DNA from: Candidatus Heimdallarchaeota archaeon
GTDB lineage: Archaea > Asgardarchaeota > Heimdallarchaeia > Heimdallarchaeales > Kariarchaeaceae
Assembly (NCBI GenBank): GCA_015523565.1
Contig: WAKA01000005.1
Location: 1 to 18,870, forward strand
Reading direction: 5' to 3'
DNA length: 18,870 bases
The stretch's first letter is position 1. Each line of letters opens with the position of its first letter. Positions 7,605 to 16,859 of this stretch are shown piece by piece. Below the pieces are notes generated by a model. That model was not told the origin of the DNA, did not search any database, and worked only from the letters and a program-made list of their open reading frames with translations. The position numbers and the translations under genes are program-made.

Positions 7605-8039
7605 TTACAAGTTTGGCTCGTTCCCTTGTTCCTCTAAAAAGAACGTTTTCAAGTAATGGGTTTTATGCTTCTTGACAAATTTCCGCAGACCCTTTTCCAA
7701 TTTTGTGTCCTTGTGTATTGAATTTTCCACATTTTCCAAAAGTTCTTTGGCGAGTATCTCGTCAGGTTCATCAAGAAAGGGTGGAAGAACTTCATACATT
7801 TTAAGTCTGGAATAGAAATTGATGTATCGTGTCCGTGTCCTGGAAACGGAATATTTGGTGGAAATGGTCTTTTTGCCGCAAAACTCACAAACCATTGCAT
7901 TTGGGGGATTTTCATGCAAGCAACTTTTGCAGACATATTGTCCCGTATTTTCACGGAGATAGGAAATTAAGGAATAGACAAGAAGGATAAATACTATTAA
8001 AAGGGAGAGGGTGAACAAAAGTAAGGAAAATTCCATCAA
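7605..8039 (-). CDS. Single-TM protein with zinc-ribbon domain
   Basis: N-terminal hydrophobic helix, then CKSC-x10-CEFC (YVCKSCLHENPPNAMVCEFCGKK), then a charged helical tail. Confidence 0.75.
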   Translation of the reverse strand: MMEFSLLLFTLSLLIVFILLVYSLISYLRENTGQYVCKSCLHENPPNAMVCEFCGKKTISTKYSVSRTRTRYINFYSRLKMYEVLPPFLDEPDEILAKELLENVENSIHKDTKLEKGLRKFVKKHKTHYLKTFFLEEQGNEPNL

Positions 8040-8306
8040 TTCAATAGATAAAACATGGATTATTAATTATTACGACCATCAGTTAAATGGATGAATGGTT
8101 TGTTAAAAAAAGAGCAATGTTTTTTCAGGAGTCCCATAAGAGGGTAGAACTAGGAATTGGAAAGATTCAAACAACAGTGGAAACCTGCAAGTGGTCTTGA
8201 ATTGCTGTTGGAAAAGAAAAATCAGGATTGAACAAGAAGGTTCGCAGGATTGTGAAATTTGCTAAATGGAATGGTAAAGCCTAAAAAGCCCATAATATGG
8301 CGCAGT

Positions 8307-9278
8307 ATGTCTCAAAGGATTGAAGAGTATCCGGAATTGACAGCCAGATTTGAACAGGCCTATATATTGTCCTCTTTTGTTTTAATTACGGGGGCTTATC
8401 TTGATGCGTGGTCGCACATCCACATTCCTGACCTAGAGTCTTTCTTTACACCATCTCATGCAGTCCTGTATACAGGAGGGGGGATGGTTTCCTTTTTGAT
8501 GGTATGGGCAATGTTTCGAAATCTCAGGGCAGGATTCCCCTTGACAAGGAGTGTTCCAAAGGGGTATTTGACAGGGGTGTTTGGGTTCATTATCCTTATG
8601 GTGTCTGGGATCGGGGATATGTTTTGGCATACCCTATTCGGGATAGAGCAGGATTTGGAGGCGGCATTCAGTGTCACCCATTTGGGGATAATAACAGGAA
8701 TTGTCTTGATAATGTTGGCACCGACCATGGTTCAAAGAAATGGGGGTGATAAGAACATCATTCCAATGGTATCCTATACATTGGCTTTGCTTGGATTGAA
8801 TGTCATCAGTTCATGGTCCCATCCGTTGGTGAAGCTATACCCAACATTGAACTATACATACCCCGAGATTGGTTATTCATTGGGGATATTGTCCATGATA
8901 TTGCAGATCGTATTCTTGATGGGGATATTGTTGCCCATTTTTCGTGACAAAATGTTGCCCATAGGATCTATGACCTTCATTCTGACAATTGATGCAGTCT
9001 ATCTGGGATTTCTGAATGCAAATTACGTTTTCATTGCAATATATTTCATTACGGGGCTGTTAGCAGATTTAATGTATTTGGTACATAAAAAAACAGGAGA
9101 TCAGATATGGTTCAGGATATTTTCAATCTTTGTTCCTGCAATCCTATACTCATTGTACATTATTGCCCTTGAGGTAATTGACGAGGTATTATGGAATGCC
9201 CACATCATATCAGGGGCGATTACCTTTCCTGCAATTGTTTCAGGATTTATGGGGATGGCAATGGTCAAGAAATCTTGA
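8307..9278 (+). CDS. Polytopic membrane protein with two AmoC/PmoC-like D-x3-H...H motifs; function unknown
   Basis: YLDAWSH...FFTPSH and GDMFWH...FSVTH, with about 9 hydrophobic segments. ATG 8307 (MSQRIEE) preferred over TTG 8259. Confidence 0.75.
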   Translation: MSQRIEEYPELTARFEQAYILSSFVLITGAYLDAWSHIHIPDLESFFTPSHAVLYTGGGMVSFLMVWAMFRNLRAGFPLTRSVPKGYLTGVFGFIILMVSGIGDMFWHTLFGIEQDLEAAFSVTHLGIITGIVLIMLAPTMVQRNGGDKNIIPMVSYTLALLGLNVISSWSHPLVKLYPTLNYTYPEIGYSLGILSMILQIVFLMGILLPIFRDKMLPIGSMTFILTIDAVYLGFLNANYVFIAIYFITGLLADLMYLVHKKTGDQIWFRIFSIFVPAILYSLYIIALEVIDEVLWNAHIISGAITFPAIVSGFMGMAMVKKS

Positions 9279-9281
9279 AAT

Positions 9282-10142
9282 TTAAGAATCACTTGCCAAT
9301 TCGATATGATCCAAAAACTCGGTTATCTTTTTCCTGTGTTCAGGATGGAATTCCATTTTTGAGTGAAGGGAATTGGGAACCAACCAATGCCAATCTGTCT
9401 GTTTCAGCAGTGCGATGTTCTTTTTGAAGTCTCGATCGGGAGGGAACATTGAATCCTTTTCCCCATGTATGAGAAAAATTGGGGCATCAATGGTTGAAAG
9501 GATGTTGCGAGGTTCCACTTTTTCCCAAGGGAAGTCCATTTTGAGGATGAGGATGACAATCCACCAGTACAATAGTTTTGGGATATGTAGAACCCTCATG
9601 AATCCTTCATACATTCCACGGATATCATGCAGCAGGGCTTCGGCGATTAAAGCGCGTACAGGTTTTTGGGATGCGAATATTGTGGAAGAAAGTGCACCAA
9701 AGGAAAGTCCATGGACAACAGGTTGTTCAATTCCTTCGATTTCGCAAATCCTCATTGCATGTTCAGCGAACCACAGGGCAGTGGTTGTCAGTTTATATTT
9801 GCTTTGTCCATGGGACCAAGCATCGACAAGGAGTAAGGAATACCCGCGATCCCAGTATATCTGTCCCCGGGTTACCATTCGGGCGGAATTTCTTCCCCAA
9901 GAGTGAAGAAGGACAACCCATCGACCATCAATATGATTGGGGTTCTTGCAAATCCAATAGCGGATACCTTCTGGGCTAAGCCACTTTTTCTGGAGGGTTC
10001 CCTCTTCCTCACTGCCGAAAGGGATGACATAATTCCTTGATCTCCAAATGAAGACATTATTAGTAAGCATCCAAGCCACGACAATGACCGAAAAAAGGTA
10101 GATACCTCCGACAATTGCAGAAATCGTCAGCAGAAGCGACAT
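9282..10142 (-). CDS. Membrane-anchored alpha/beta hydrolase
   Basis: N-terminal TM, LLHSWG oxyanion region, nucleophile elbow HGLSFG, IHGEKD acid, LVPNSLH catalytic His. Confidence 0.85.
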   Translation of the reverse strand: MSLLLTISAIVGGIYLFSVIVVAWMLTNNVFIWRSRNYVIPFGSEEEGTLQKKWLSPEGIRYWICKNPNHIDGRWVVLLHSWGRNSARMVTRGQIYWDRGYSLLLVDAWSHGQSKYKLTTTALWFAEHAMRICEIEGIEQPVVHGLSFGALSSTIFASQKPVRALIAEALLHDIRGMYEGFMRVLHIPKLLYWWIVILILKMDFPWEKVEPRNILSTIDAPIFLIHGEKDSMFPPDRDFKKNIALLKQTDWHWLVPNSLHSKMEFHPEHRKKITEFLDHIELASDS

Positions 10143-10214
10143 TAGGCATCATGTAAATAATGCATACATTAGGATTATCCCATGGGTCGTTTATTTTGGG
10201 AAAAACAGGTCAAG

Positions 10215-11606
10215 TTATTTTCCGGCGGAAGGATACAATTCGACAAGGAATTCAGAGAAAACGGCAGGATTCCTTTCCTTAAGCATTTCGACAGTTGGTT
10301 TTGTGCTGACCACATAAATGAAGATCAGCATTGCAATCATGTAAATTAAGGCAGTGAAGACAAATGAGACATTGTACCCATATGTCTGGATGATCTTGCC
10401 GCTGATTGGGGAGAAGACAGTATATCCCATCCATCGAAAGGTGCTTGTCCATGCGCTTCCAGTTGCCCTTACGCGATTTTCAATGTAGGATATGATTTTT
10501 GACTGACCGATAGGTGCGCTCATGTTTGCGAAGGTTCCCCTGAGGATGAAGAAAATTGAGGCAGGAATAAGGTTATTTGAAAATACAATTCCCAATAAAC
10601 AGACAACAGAAAGAACAGTGGTCACCACATAGACGGGGATTTCACCGAAGCGTTTTGCAAGTGGGGCGGTAAGTTGTGTTGCCAGTCCCATGAATAGATT
10701 GAGAATCATGACAAGCAGGGAAATAAGTCCAGGACTTGCATTTAGGCTTTCCAAATATGGTGGGAGAAAAGGGAGAGTGGAACCTGCACCAGCACCAAAC
10801 AGGAACTGCATGGTTGTAAGGAGAAGAAAGGGGACGGCCACTGCGGGAGCAAAAAGAATTCGGAATTGAGCAATGACAGGTTGCTTGCTTTCTGTTTCTG
10901 GATCCAACGTGACACCCCTTTTCAAGGTTGTGATCAATAGGACAAGATAGAGTGTGGCACCAATTGTCAATACAGCACCTACCAGCGGGAATATGGAACG
11001 ATAGACTGTGGCATTTCCTTTTGCAATGCCCCTGAACCAAAATGATGAGATGCCTGCGCCGATTGCGGGTGGGATCATCCAAGTGGTTGTAAAGAGGGCA
11101 TATGCGGCAACCCTATGCGACCCTGTATTTTCTGCAAGGATTGCGGCACCAGGACCGCTGATAATGGCCTGTGCCACACCAGCGATCAAATAAAAGTAAA
11201 ACACCCCCTTAGCCCCAGGAACAAAAAGGAGAAGGAAAGCTGCAAAAATGGAGGTAAAACCAGTTACAAACAGCATTTTAGTCAAACCGATCCGGGATGC
11301 AAAAAGGGCGAAGGGCAATGATGCAAGTGCGACGGTCAGGAAACGGGCAGACACTATGCGTCCAACCCCACTATAGCTAACACCAAGGTCAAGGAGGTAA
11401 AGACTGATTGTGGGATCAAGGATACCCAATGCCAAATTAGTTATAGCCGCTCCAAGAACCACGATATAGCTTAAGGGGGTAAGCTCAAGGATTTCCGCCA
11501 CAGATAAAACGAGAATTTTGAAAAGAAAAAGTCTGGGGTCTAGCCCATTAGTCTGCGTAAAGCTTAGCATCCCGAACATAATGGAAAATGGATAGGAGGG
11601 CAACAC
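10215..11606 (-). CDS. MFS transporter
   Basis: About 12 TM segments in two halves, motif-A-like FASRIGLTK and LAKRFGEIP. The true start may be GTG 11501. Confidence 0.85.
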   Translation of the reverse strand: MLPSYPFSIMFGMLSFTQTNGLDPRLFLFKILVLSVAEILELTPLSYIVVLGAAITNLALGILDPTISLYLLDLGVSYSGVGRIVSARFLTVALASLPFALFASRIGLTKMLFVTGFTSIFAAFLLLFVPGAKGVFYFYLIAGVAQAIISGPGAAILAENTGSHRVAAYALFTTTWMIPPAIGAGISSFWFRGIAKGNATVYRSIFPLVGAVLTIGATLYLVLLITTLKRGVTLDPETESKQPVIAQFRILFAPAVAVPFLLLTTMQFLFGAGAGSTLPFLPPYLESLNASPGLISLLVMILNLFMGLATQLTAPLAKRFGEIPVYVVTTVLSVVCLLGIVFSNNLIPASIFFILRGTFANMSAPIGQSKIISYIENRVRATGSAWTSTFRWMGYTVFSPISGKIIQTYGYNVSFVFTALIYMIAMLIFIYVVSTKPTVEMLKERNPAVFSEFLVELYPSAGK

Positions 11607-11725
11607 CTTGGAACAAACAGGGAATTTGCGATTTCTTTCTCACAATCAACAGGATTTGATTGGAGAGGATTGCCTTCTTTTTTGCAATCAAAAACATTTA
11701 TCAAATTTATTTCCCAATTTTCTAT

Positions 11726-12256
11726 GTGAGTCCTGAAGAATTATTGGATGGTCTCCCAGAAGATAGTCACCAATTGGTGAGAAATGCATATCGTTTGGCA
11801 GAGGAAAAACATGCCTCCATGAAAAGAAAGGGATCGGGAATGCCCTATATTGTTCATCCTTTTCGTGCCGCAAGGCTCTTACAGCCCCTTCATGATCATG
11901 AGCTTGTTTGTGCCGCCTTGTTGCATGATGTTGTTGAGGATTCAGATGTCACGATTGAGCAGATACGGGAGGAATTTGGTGAGAACATTGCATTTCTTGT
12001 GGATGCATGCACCAAGGAGGAGGGCAGGGATCAAATCCAGAAAGTAATTGAGTTTTCCAGGCAGGACAAGCGGGCAATGCTTGTAAAATTAGCAGATCGG
12101 GTGGATAACATGACAGATCATCCAAGCATAATGTCAGAGCACTTGCGGCAAAAATATATTGAACAAGGCAGGCAGCTTCTTGAAGCATGCAGGGAACTCA
12201 AGATCATATTTCTTGTTGATCAACTGAGTTCTGCCCTTTCCCAGCTTTTTCAATGA
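11726..12256 (+). CDS. Stand-alone RelA/SpoT-type HD hydrolase (Mesh1/small alarmone hydrolase-like)
   Basis: H..MKRKGSGMPYIVHP, AALLHDVVEDS, VKLADRVDNM. GTG 11726 lies 31 nt after CATTTATC (11695) and is preferred over TTG 11660. Confidence 0.85.
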   Translation: MSPEELLDGLPEDSHQLVRNAYRLAEEKHASMKRKGSGMPYIVHPFRAARLLQPLHDHELVCAALLHDVVEDSDVTIEQIREEFGENIAFLVDACTKEEGRDQIQKVIEFSRQDKRAMLVKLADRVDNMTDHPSIMSEHLRQKYIEQGRQLLEACRELKIIFLVDQLSSALSQLFQ

Positions 12257-12263
12257 ATTATTC

Positions 12264-13154
12264 TTAGTTTCCGTTCTTTTCGATGATTTTTTTCACTTCC
12301 AAGATGTATTCGTATATGTCGGATATTTCCTTTGAATAATTCTTTTGCTTATATTCCTCCACGGCGTCCTTAACCTTCCCATATCTTTCGAGGACTTGGA
12401 ATTTGGTCAGAATTATTCCTTCTGGGATAAAGAAAATAATGTAGTTTGAAACCAGTAAAATGAATATGAACAGTGATAATGTCAACCAAGTTTCTCCGAA
12501 AATGAAGAGGATGTCATGAAGTACCGCGGTTGAAAGGGCAATGACCCACAATCGTTTAGCCATTGTCATTTTTGGTGCACCCTTGATTTCTTCAATGCCA
12601 ATTACGGAATATAATGCAAAACTTGAGATGGCAAGGCGAAAAATGGTCAATGGTACAGTGAATAGTGTTGAAAAAACTTCTTTACCTTCAAAAGCAATCC
12701 CTAAACGAACTTGAAAAATTCTTATACCAATCTGGGGGATGTATAAAAGTGGTGTGACCTGTGTGCCTAAAGGATGCCAAAAAAAGGTGCTTAACGCAAG
12801 TATTGATGCGTAGAAGACAGCGATTACTAAAATAAGTTTATGTACTTCTTTTAGTTTGTTAACGAAAAACAGAAACGGCAAATATGCCAATGAACTAATG
12901 ATATAAAATATCCTGATCTGTAAAATTTCGTCAAATGGGAGGATCAGCACAGCAATTGCAATAAGTGAAAGGGAAAACATCTCAAAAAGATGCAGGTATT
13001 CTGTAAATCCAGTTTCATAAAGCAGTTTAAGATATTTGACCATACCCAGCAACAGGAGCACAATGGACAAGGAACTTAATCCATAAAGCAATAGCCCCAT
13101 AAATGATGCAAACAACCTTTGCTTTAATAACCTTTTGAACGACAAATCATCCAC
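12264..13154 (-). CDS. Seven-TM membrane protein with short helical C-terminal tail (PEGIILTKFQ...IYEYI)
   Basis: Seven hydrophobic segments by inspection. TATA-like CTTATGAA 31 nt upstream of the GTG start. Confidence 0.75.
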   Translation of the reverse strand: MDDLSFKRLLKQRLFASFMGLLLYGLSSLSIVLLLLGMVKYLKLLYETGFTEYLHLFEMFSLSLIAIAVLILPFDEILQIRIFYIISSLAYLPFLFFVNKLKEVHKLILVIAVFYASILALSTFFWHPLGTQVTPLLYIPQIGIRIFQVRLGIAFEGKEVFSTLFTVPLTIFRLAISSFALYSVIGIEEIKGAPKMTMAKRLWVIALSTAVLHDILFIFGETWLTLSLFIFILLVSNYIIFFIPEGIILTKFQVLERYGKVKDAVEEYKQKNYSKEISDIYEYILEVKKIIEKNGN

Positions 13155-13383
13155 AAAATTTTGGGCATGGAAAGGTTTTCATAAGTCTTTTTTTCATCCA
13201 TTCGCCATAACAACATGAAACTCACACCCAATCCCATTATGGATGGACACATAAAAACTCAATCATGTAATCCTGCCGATAGCGGATAAAGGAAAGGCGA
13301 AAACAGGAACATAAAGTAAAAAAAAAACAAAGACACATGCAATTCCCAAATAGTTTTTATCTGAAAAAAACTAATCGCCTAGG

Positions 13384-14520
13384 ATGGAATTTGGTGTTTT
13401 ATTGGGAGTTATTGGAGTTTTCATTAATGTGTTACTGTTTCCCATATTCCTCGCGGCAGTGTTCAGGTTTAGATTGGAACGAAAATTGGATGTTCAAATT
13501 GCATTCCTCTTGCTTTCCGCATTTTTCACGTTGCCAGTCATCACATTTGAGAACCTGCTATTCACCAAACTTTATCTTTTTGATTTGCCCCTCAATTTTT
13601 CCTTGAGCGTCCTGAAGCTTTGTTTTGCATTGGGTTTGCTTGGAATCGTTTCATACAATTTTCAATTTATAATGCTAAGGGATTTCAGAATCATTCCAAC
13701 TTCATTGATAACAATTTGGACAGGGATTGCCATTGGGGGGATGGCAGTGAGCCTTCAACTAAACCCCACAGATCATCCCATTCGACCAATTTTTTATGAC
13801 CCATTGTTTGGAGGCTTGGAGTTTGTGGTTGGACAGTTGGCATTCAATCTCATAGGATATTTTATTTTAGGGACGACAATAATTCAGCAGAAGAGAAGAG
13901 AAGAGTTTATGCCACCAAATCCATTGACCATGATTGCAGTTTCAGTGTATTTTGTTGCTCCTTTTGTGGTATGGATACAGAGGATTTTGCAGTTGCTATT
14001 GCAACCATTTAACTTATTGATCCTTTTATATGAGCTGGGACTTATGCTTCATCTTCTGTCATTTGTTTTTTTTGGAGAAAACGCGGCATTTAGACCAGAC
14101 ATGTCATTGCAAAGCATATCAATAATTGATTCCAACACGCAGACAATCATTGCGGGATATTCCAGCATTCGGAAGGAGATGTGGACGAAGCTCAGTTCCA
14201 TGGTTGCGGTTGCAACAGATGCAATCCTTAATGAGACTTTGAATCCCAACATAAAAGATGATGAGATGAAGAAATATGCGGTCACCTATGGAACTGCAAC
14301 ATTTTTGAAAAGTGGAGACTATATTGCATTTGCTCTTTTTGACAACCCAAGCAGTAAGTTAGGAAGGCGACTGGCAGGACTAATGGTACGTAGTGATCAT
14401 ATCACAAGACTGCAAAGCCCAGCAGATGTGAGGAAATTGGTGTTGAAATTTTTTCATCCATTTTTTCAGAACAGGGAAAAGCCAGATATCAGCTACTTTT
14501 TTTTTCAAAGACCAGTGTGA
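13384..14520 (+). CDS. Seven-TM protein with C-terminal soluble longin/roadblock-like domain
   Basis: Seven hydrophobic segments, then about 140 aa with a beta-beta-alpha-beta-beta-beta-alpha pattern (LQSISIID..TIIAGY..LSSMVAVATDAILNE..ATFLKSGDYIAFALF..LGRRLAGLM). TATA TTTTTATC 30 nt upstream. Confidence 0.7.
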   Translation: MEFGVLLGVIGVFINVLLFPIFLAAVFRFRLERKLDVQIAFLLLSAFFTLPVITFENLLFTKLYLFDLPLNFSLSVLKLCFALGLLGIVSYNFQFIMLRDFRIIPTSLITIWTGIAIGGMAVSLQLNPTDHPIRPIFYDPLFGGLEFVVGQLAFNLIGYFILGTTIIQQKRREEFMPPNPLTMIAVSVYFVAPFVVWIQRILQLLLQPFNLLILLYELGLMLHLLSFVFFGENAAFRPDMSLQSISIIDSNTQTIIAGYSSIRKEMWTKLSSMVAVATDAILNETLNPNIKDDEMKKYAVTYGTATFLKSGDYIAFALFDNPSSKLGRRLAGLMVRSDHITRLQSPADVRKLVLKFFHPFFQNREKPDISYFFFQRPV

Positions 14521-14559
14521 TTACAGAATACAAAAAAAACATGAGTTAACATCTGAAGA

Positions 14560-14955
14560 ATGAAAATGAAGGAACTTCATATAAAAACAACCAAGCATTC
14601 AGAATTTATCGATATTACGGAAACCATCCAAAGAAACATTCCAAAGGCATATTCAGGAATTGCAGTAGTCTATGTACCGCATACCACATGTGCCCTTTTT
14701 GTCAATGAGGGTGCAGATCCAGATGTCATGAAAGACCTTGGAAACAAGTTGGATAAGCTGGTGCCATGGAAAGAACCATATTTCAGACATCTTGAAGGAA
14801 ATTCAGCGGCCCATATCAAGTCCATACTGATTGGCAACTCGGTCACGCTCATTGTTGAAGAAGGGACATTGAAACTTGGAACATGGGAAAAGGTGTTTTT
14901 AGCGGAGTTTGACGGTCCCCGTCAAAGGAAGCTATGGATACAGTTTATGGGATGA
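14560..14955 (+). CDS. yjbQ: YjbQ/UPF0047 family protein (secondary thiamine-phosphate synthase-like)
   Basis: FIDIT, VPHTTCALFVNEGADPDV, HLEGNSAAHIKS, LGTWE..F.EFDGPRQR. Confidence 0.92.
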   Translation: MKMKELHIKTTKHSEFIDITETIQRNIPKAYSGIAVVYVPHTTCALFVNEGADPDVMKDLGNKLDKLVPWKEPYFRHLEGNSAAHIKSILIGNSVTLIVEEGTLKLGTWEKVFLAEFDGPRQRKLWIQFMG

Positions 14956-14969
14956 GGGGCATTGGAAAT

Positions 14970-15353
14970 TCAAGATTGGATTAGTCGCCTGATTATCCGA
15001 TCCACATCCCTGAATCTCCCGATGCTCAAGTTTGGTTTCCCTAGGCATTCGCGTTGTCGCATGCGAAATGCACCGATTGCAGTTCCCACATCCACATTGA
15101 ATTTTGTGGCAAGGTTATGAATGACAGCATGAATTTCACGGAGAACATTAAGCCTGTTTTTTCCCTTTGAAATCCAGAATTGTTCTGTTCCCTTTTCGAC
15201 ATCACAACTGGAAAGTCCTTTCAAAGCAGAGGAATAACGAACCATTTGCGTTTTTGACAGTTTTTGGATGGCATCAATGAGGTTAGCGTGCTGGCAAGCG
15301 ATTTGTTCAGCATCTTTTGATGAAACCACAATAGTACAATTTTGTGATGTCAT
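14970..15353 (-). CDS. Hypothetical protein (127 aa)
   Basis: Fills the gap between yjbQ and arsC. ATG start with CTATAAAA 36 nt upstream. No recognised motif. Confidence 0.65.
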   Translation of the reverse strand: MTSQNCTIVVSSKDAEQIACQHANLIDAIQKLSKTQMVRYSSALKGLSSCDVEKGTEQFWISKGKNRLNVLREIHAVIHNLATKFNVDVGTAIGAFRMRQRECLGKPNLSIGRFRDVDRIIRRLIQS

Positions 15354-15406
15354 TTGAAGGTTAGGATTGAAGGGAAGTCATTTTTATAGATGAAACATTT
15401 AGGGGT

Positions 15407-15829
15407 TCATATCAAATCCATGAGATTTTGTTTCAGCCAGTCCCTAATCAAGTCCCTAGTTTTTCTGAATGCGTCAAGCCTTGTTTCTTCATTTCCCAGT
15501 ACAGATGATGGGTCTTCAAATCCAGCATGGATACGTTTTTTGGCATAGGGGAAATATGGACATGTTTCTTTAGCGTGATCACAGACAGTGACAACTAGGT
15601 CAATCTCTTTGTTGATGAATTCCTCAAATGTCTTGGATCTATGATGGGAAATGTCAATACCGATTTCTTCCATTGCACGAATTGCAAGGGGGTTGACTTG
15701 TGTGGGTTCCGTTCCCGCACTATAGACCTCAACTTGAGGGAACAGTGAACGGGCAATTCCTTCAGCCATTTGGCTACGTGCCGAATTGTGGGTGCAAATG
15801 AACAGCACCTTTTTTTTTGGTTCAGACAT
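15407..15829 (-). CDS. arsC: Thioredoxin-type arsenate reductase (LMW-PTP fold)
   Basis: P-loop LFICTHNSARSQMAEG, SAGT, resolving cysteines VTVCDHAKETCPYFP, FEDP. TATA CTTAAAT 29 nt upstream. Confidence 0.92.
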   Translation of the reverse strand: MSEPKKKVLFICTHNSARSQMAEGIARSLFPQVEVYSAGTEPTQVNPLAIRAMEEIGIDISHHRSKTFEEFINKEIDLVVTVCDHAKETCPYFPYAKKRIHAGFEDPSSVLGNEETRLDAFRKTRDLIRDWLKQNLMDLI

Positions 15830-15948
15830 GGGATGGGGTCAATGAGGAGGGATTTAAGAATTGAGAAAGGGGAAGATGTATACAGTCCGCTTTGTTTTTC
15901 AAAGAACCTTGATGCTTTAAATAGGAGGGGGAGGAATTATCAATTACC

Positions 15949-16557
15949 ATGGATCAACTGAAACAAGCCTTTGAAAACGCAAAACTCTATGACAGATACG
16001 TCTACACCAAGATGTATGCCCAAGGGAATCTGTTGTGGGGATACATCGGTCTCTTCGGAACAATAGTGACATACTTCATTCTTGTGATCGCAGATGCCTT
16101 GAAGATAGATGAAAATTATGTGGGAGCAGGAATCGGTATGTTGTGGATTGCATTAAGCAGTGTGGGGATACTGTTTGCCTTCAATCCACGACCAGAGGAA
16201 AGGGTCGAACTCTCAAAAAAACCAGAGACACCAAATTTTCTTTGGCCCATGTGGATCCTTGGATTTCTGATTGGGGCATTGGTGGAAATTCCAGCACAGA
16301 ATGCAGGTCTTGTCGAAACACATGCCATCTTAGCAGTTTCCGTTGCCTTATTTATTGGCAACAGCGCCAATGCGGTAGTTGTCAGGGAAAAGCTAAGCTA
16401 CCTTATTCCGATTTTAATCCTCCTTTCAATCATAGGAATTCTCATAGTTCCCTATCCCTATGAGATGCTGATTTTTGGCATTGGTATATGGATACCCTAT
16501 TATATTGTGGGGTTCAAGCTTTACAGGATTGACATGCCAAAAATGCTTAAGGGATAG
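15949..16557 (+). CDS. Membrane protein (about 6 TM), operonic with wHTH regulator
   Basis: Six hydrophobic segments, CTTTAAATA TATA upstream, 2-nt gap to the next gene. Confidence 0.75.
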   Translation: MDQLKQAFENAKLYDRYVYTKMYAQGNLLWGYIGLFGTIVTYFILVIADALKIDENYVGAGIGMLWIALSSVGILFAFNPRPEERVELSKKPETPNFLWPMWILGFLIGALVEIPAQNAGLVETHAILAVSVALFIGNSANAVVVREKLSYLIPILILLSIIGILIVPYPYEMLIFGIGIWIPYYIVGFKLYRIDMPKMLKG

Positions 16558-16559
16558 GT

Positions 16560-16859
16560 ATGGAAGATTTTTCATCACTACCACGGGAATTGCAGAAATT
16601 CAAGGAACTTCTCCATCCGACTAGATTGGCGATTATGCTTATCCTTTCAAAACATTTCAAGGTTGCCGCGTCAGAGATGAGGAGATCATTGGGGATTTCA
16701 TGGGGAGCCTTTTATTCACATGCTCAAACATTGCAAAAAAGCAATTACATTTCCTTTGGAAAGGAGTTCAAGGGAGAGACCCCACAGTTGGTTCTGCTGT
16801 TAGAAGAAGAAGGGGAAAGAAAACTCAAGCAGTTCAAACAGATTTGGGACAAGCTCTAA
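16560..16859 (+). CDS. Winged helix-turn-helix transcriptional regulator (ArsR/MarR-like, no Cys)
   Basis: LHPTRLAIMLIL...SEMRRSLGISWGAFYSHAQTLQKSNYI...LEEEGERKL pattern. Confidence 0.85.
   Translation: MEDFSSLPRELQKFKELLHPTRLAIMLILSKHFKVAASEMRRSLGISWGAFYSHAQTLQKSNYISFGKEFKGETPQLVLLLEEEGERKLKQFKQIWDKL

Noticed and set aside
7456-7656. 66-aa plus-strand ORF spanning the tandem repeat
   Set aside because: Overlaps the 3' ends of both neighbours; no recognisable features.
8307-9278. Call as amoC/pmoC
   Set aside because: Motif spacing differs, the motif is duplicated, the protein is longer, and no amoA/amoB is adjacent.
16560-16859. wHTH gene as arsR of an ars operon
   Set aside because: It has no Cys to bind As(III) and is coupled to a membrane-protein gene rather than to arsC.
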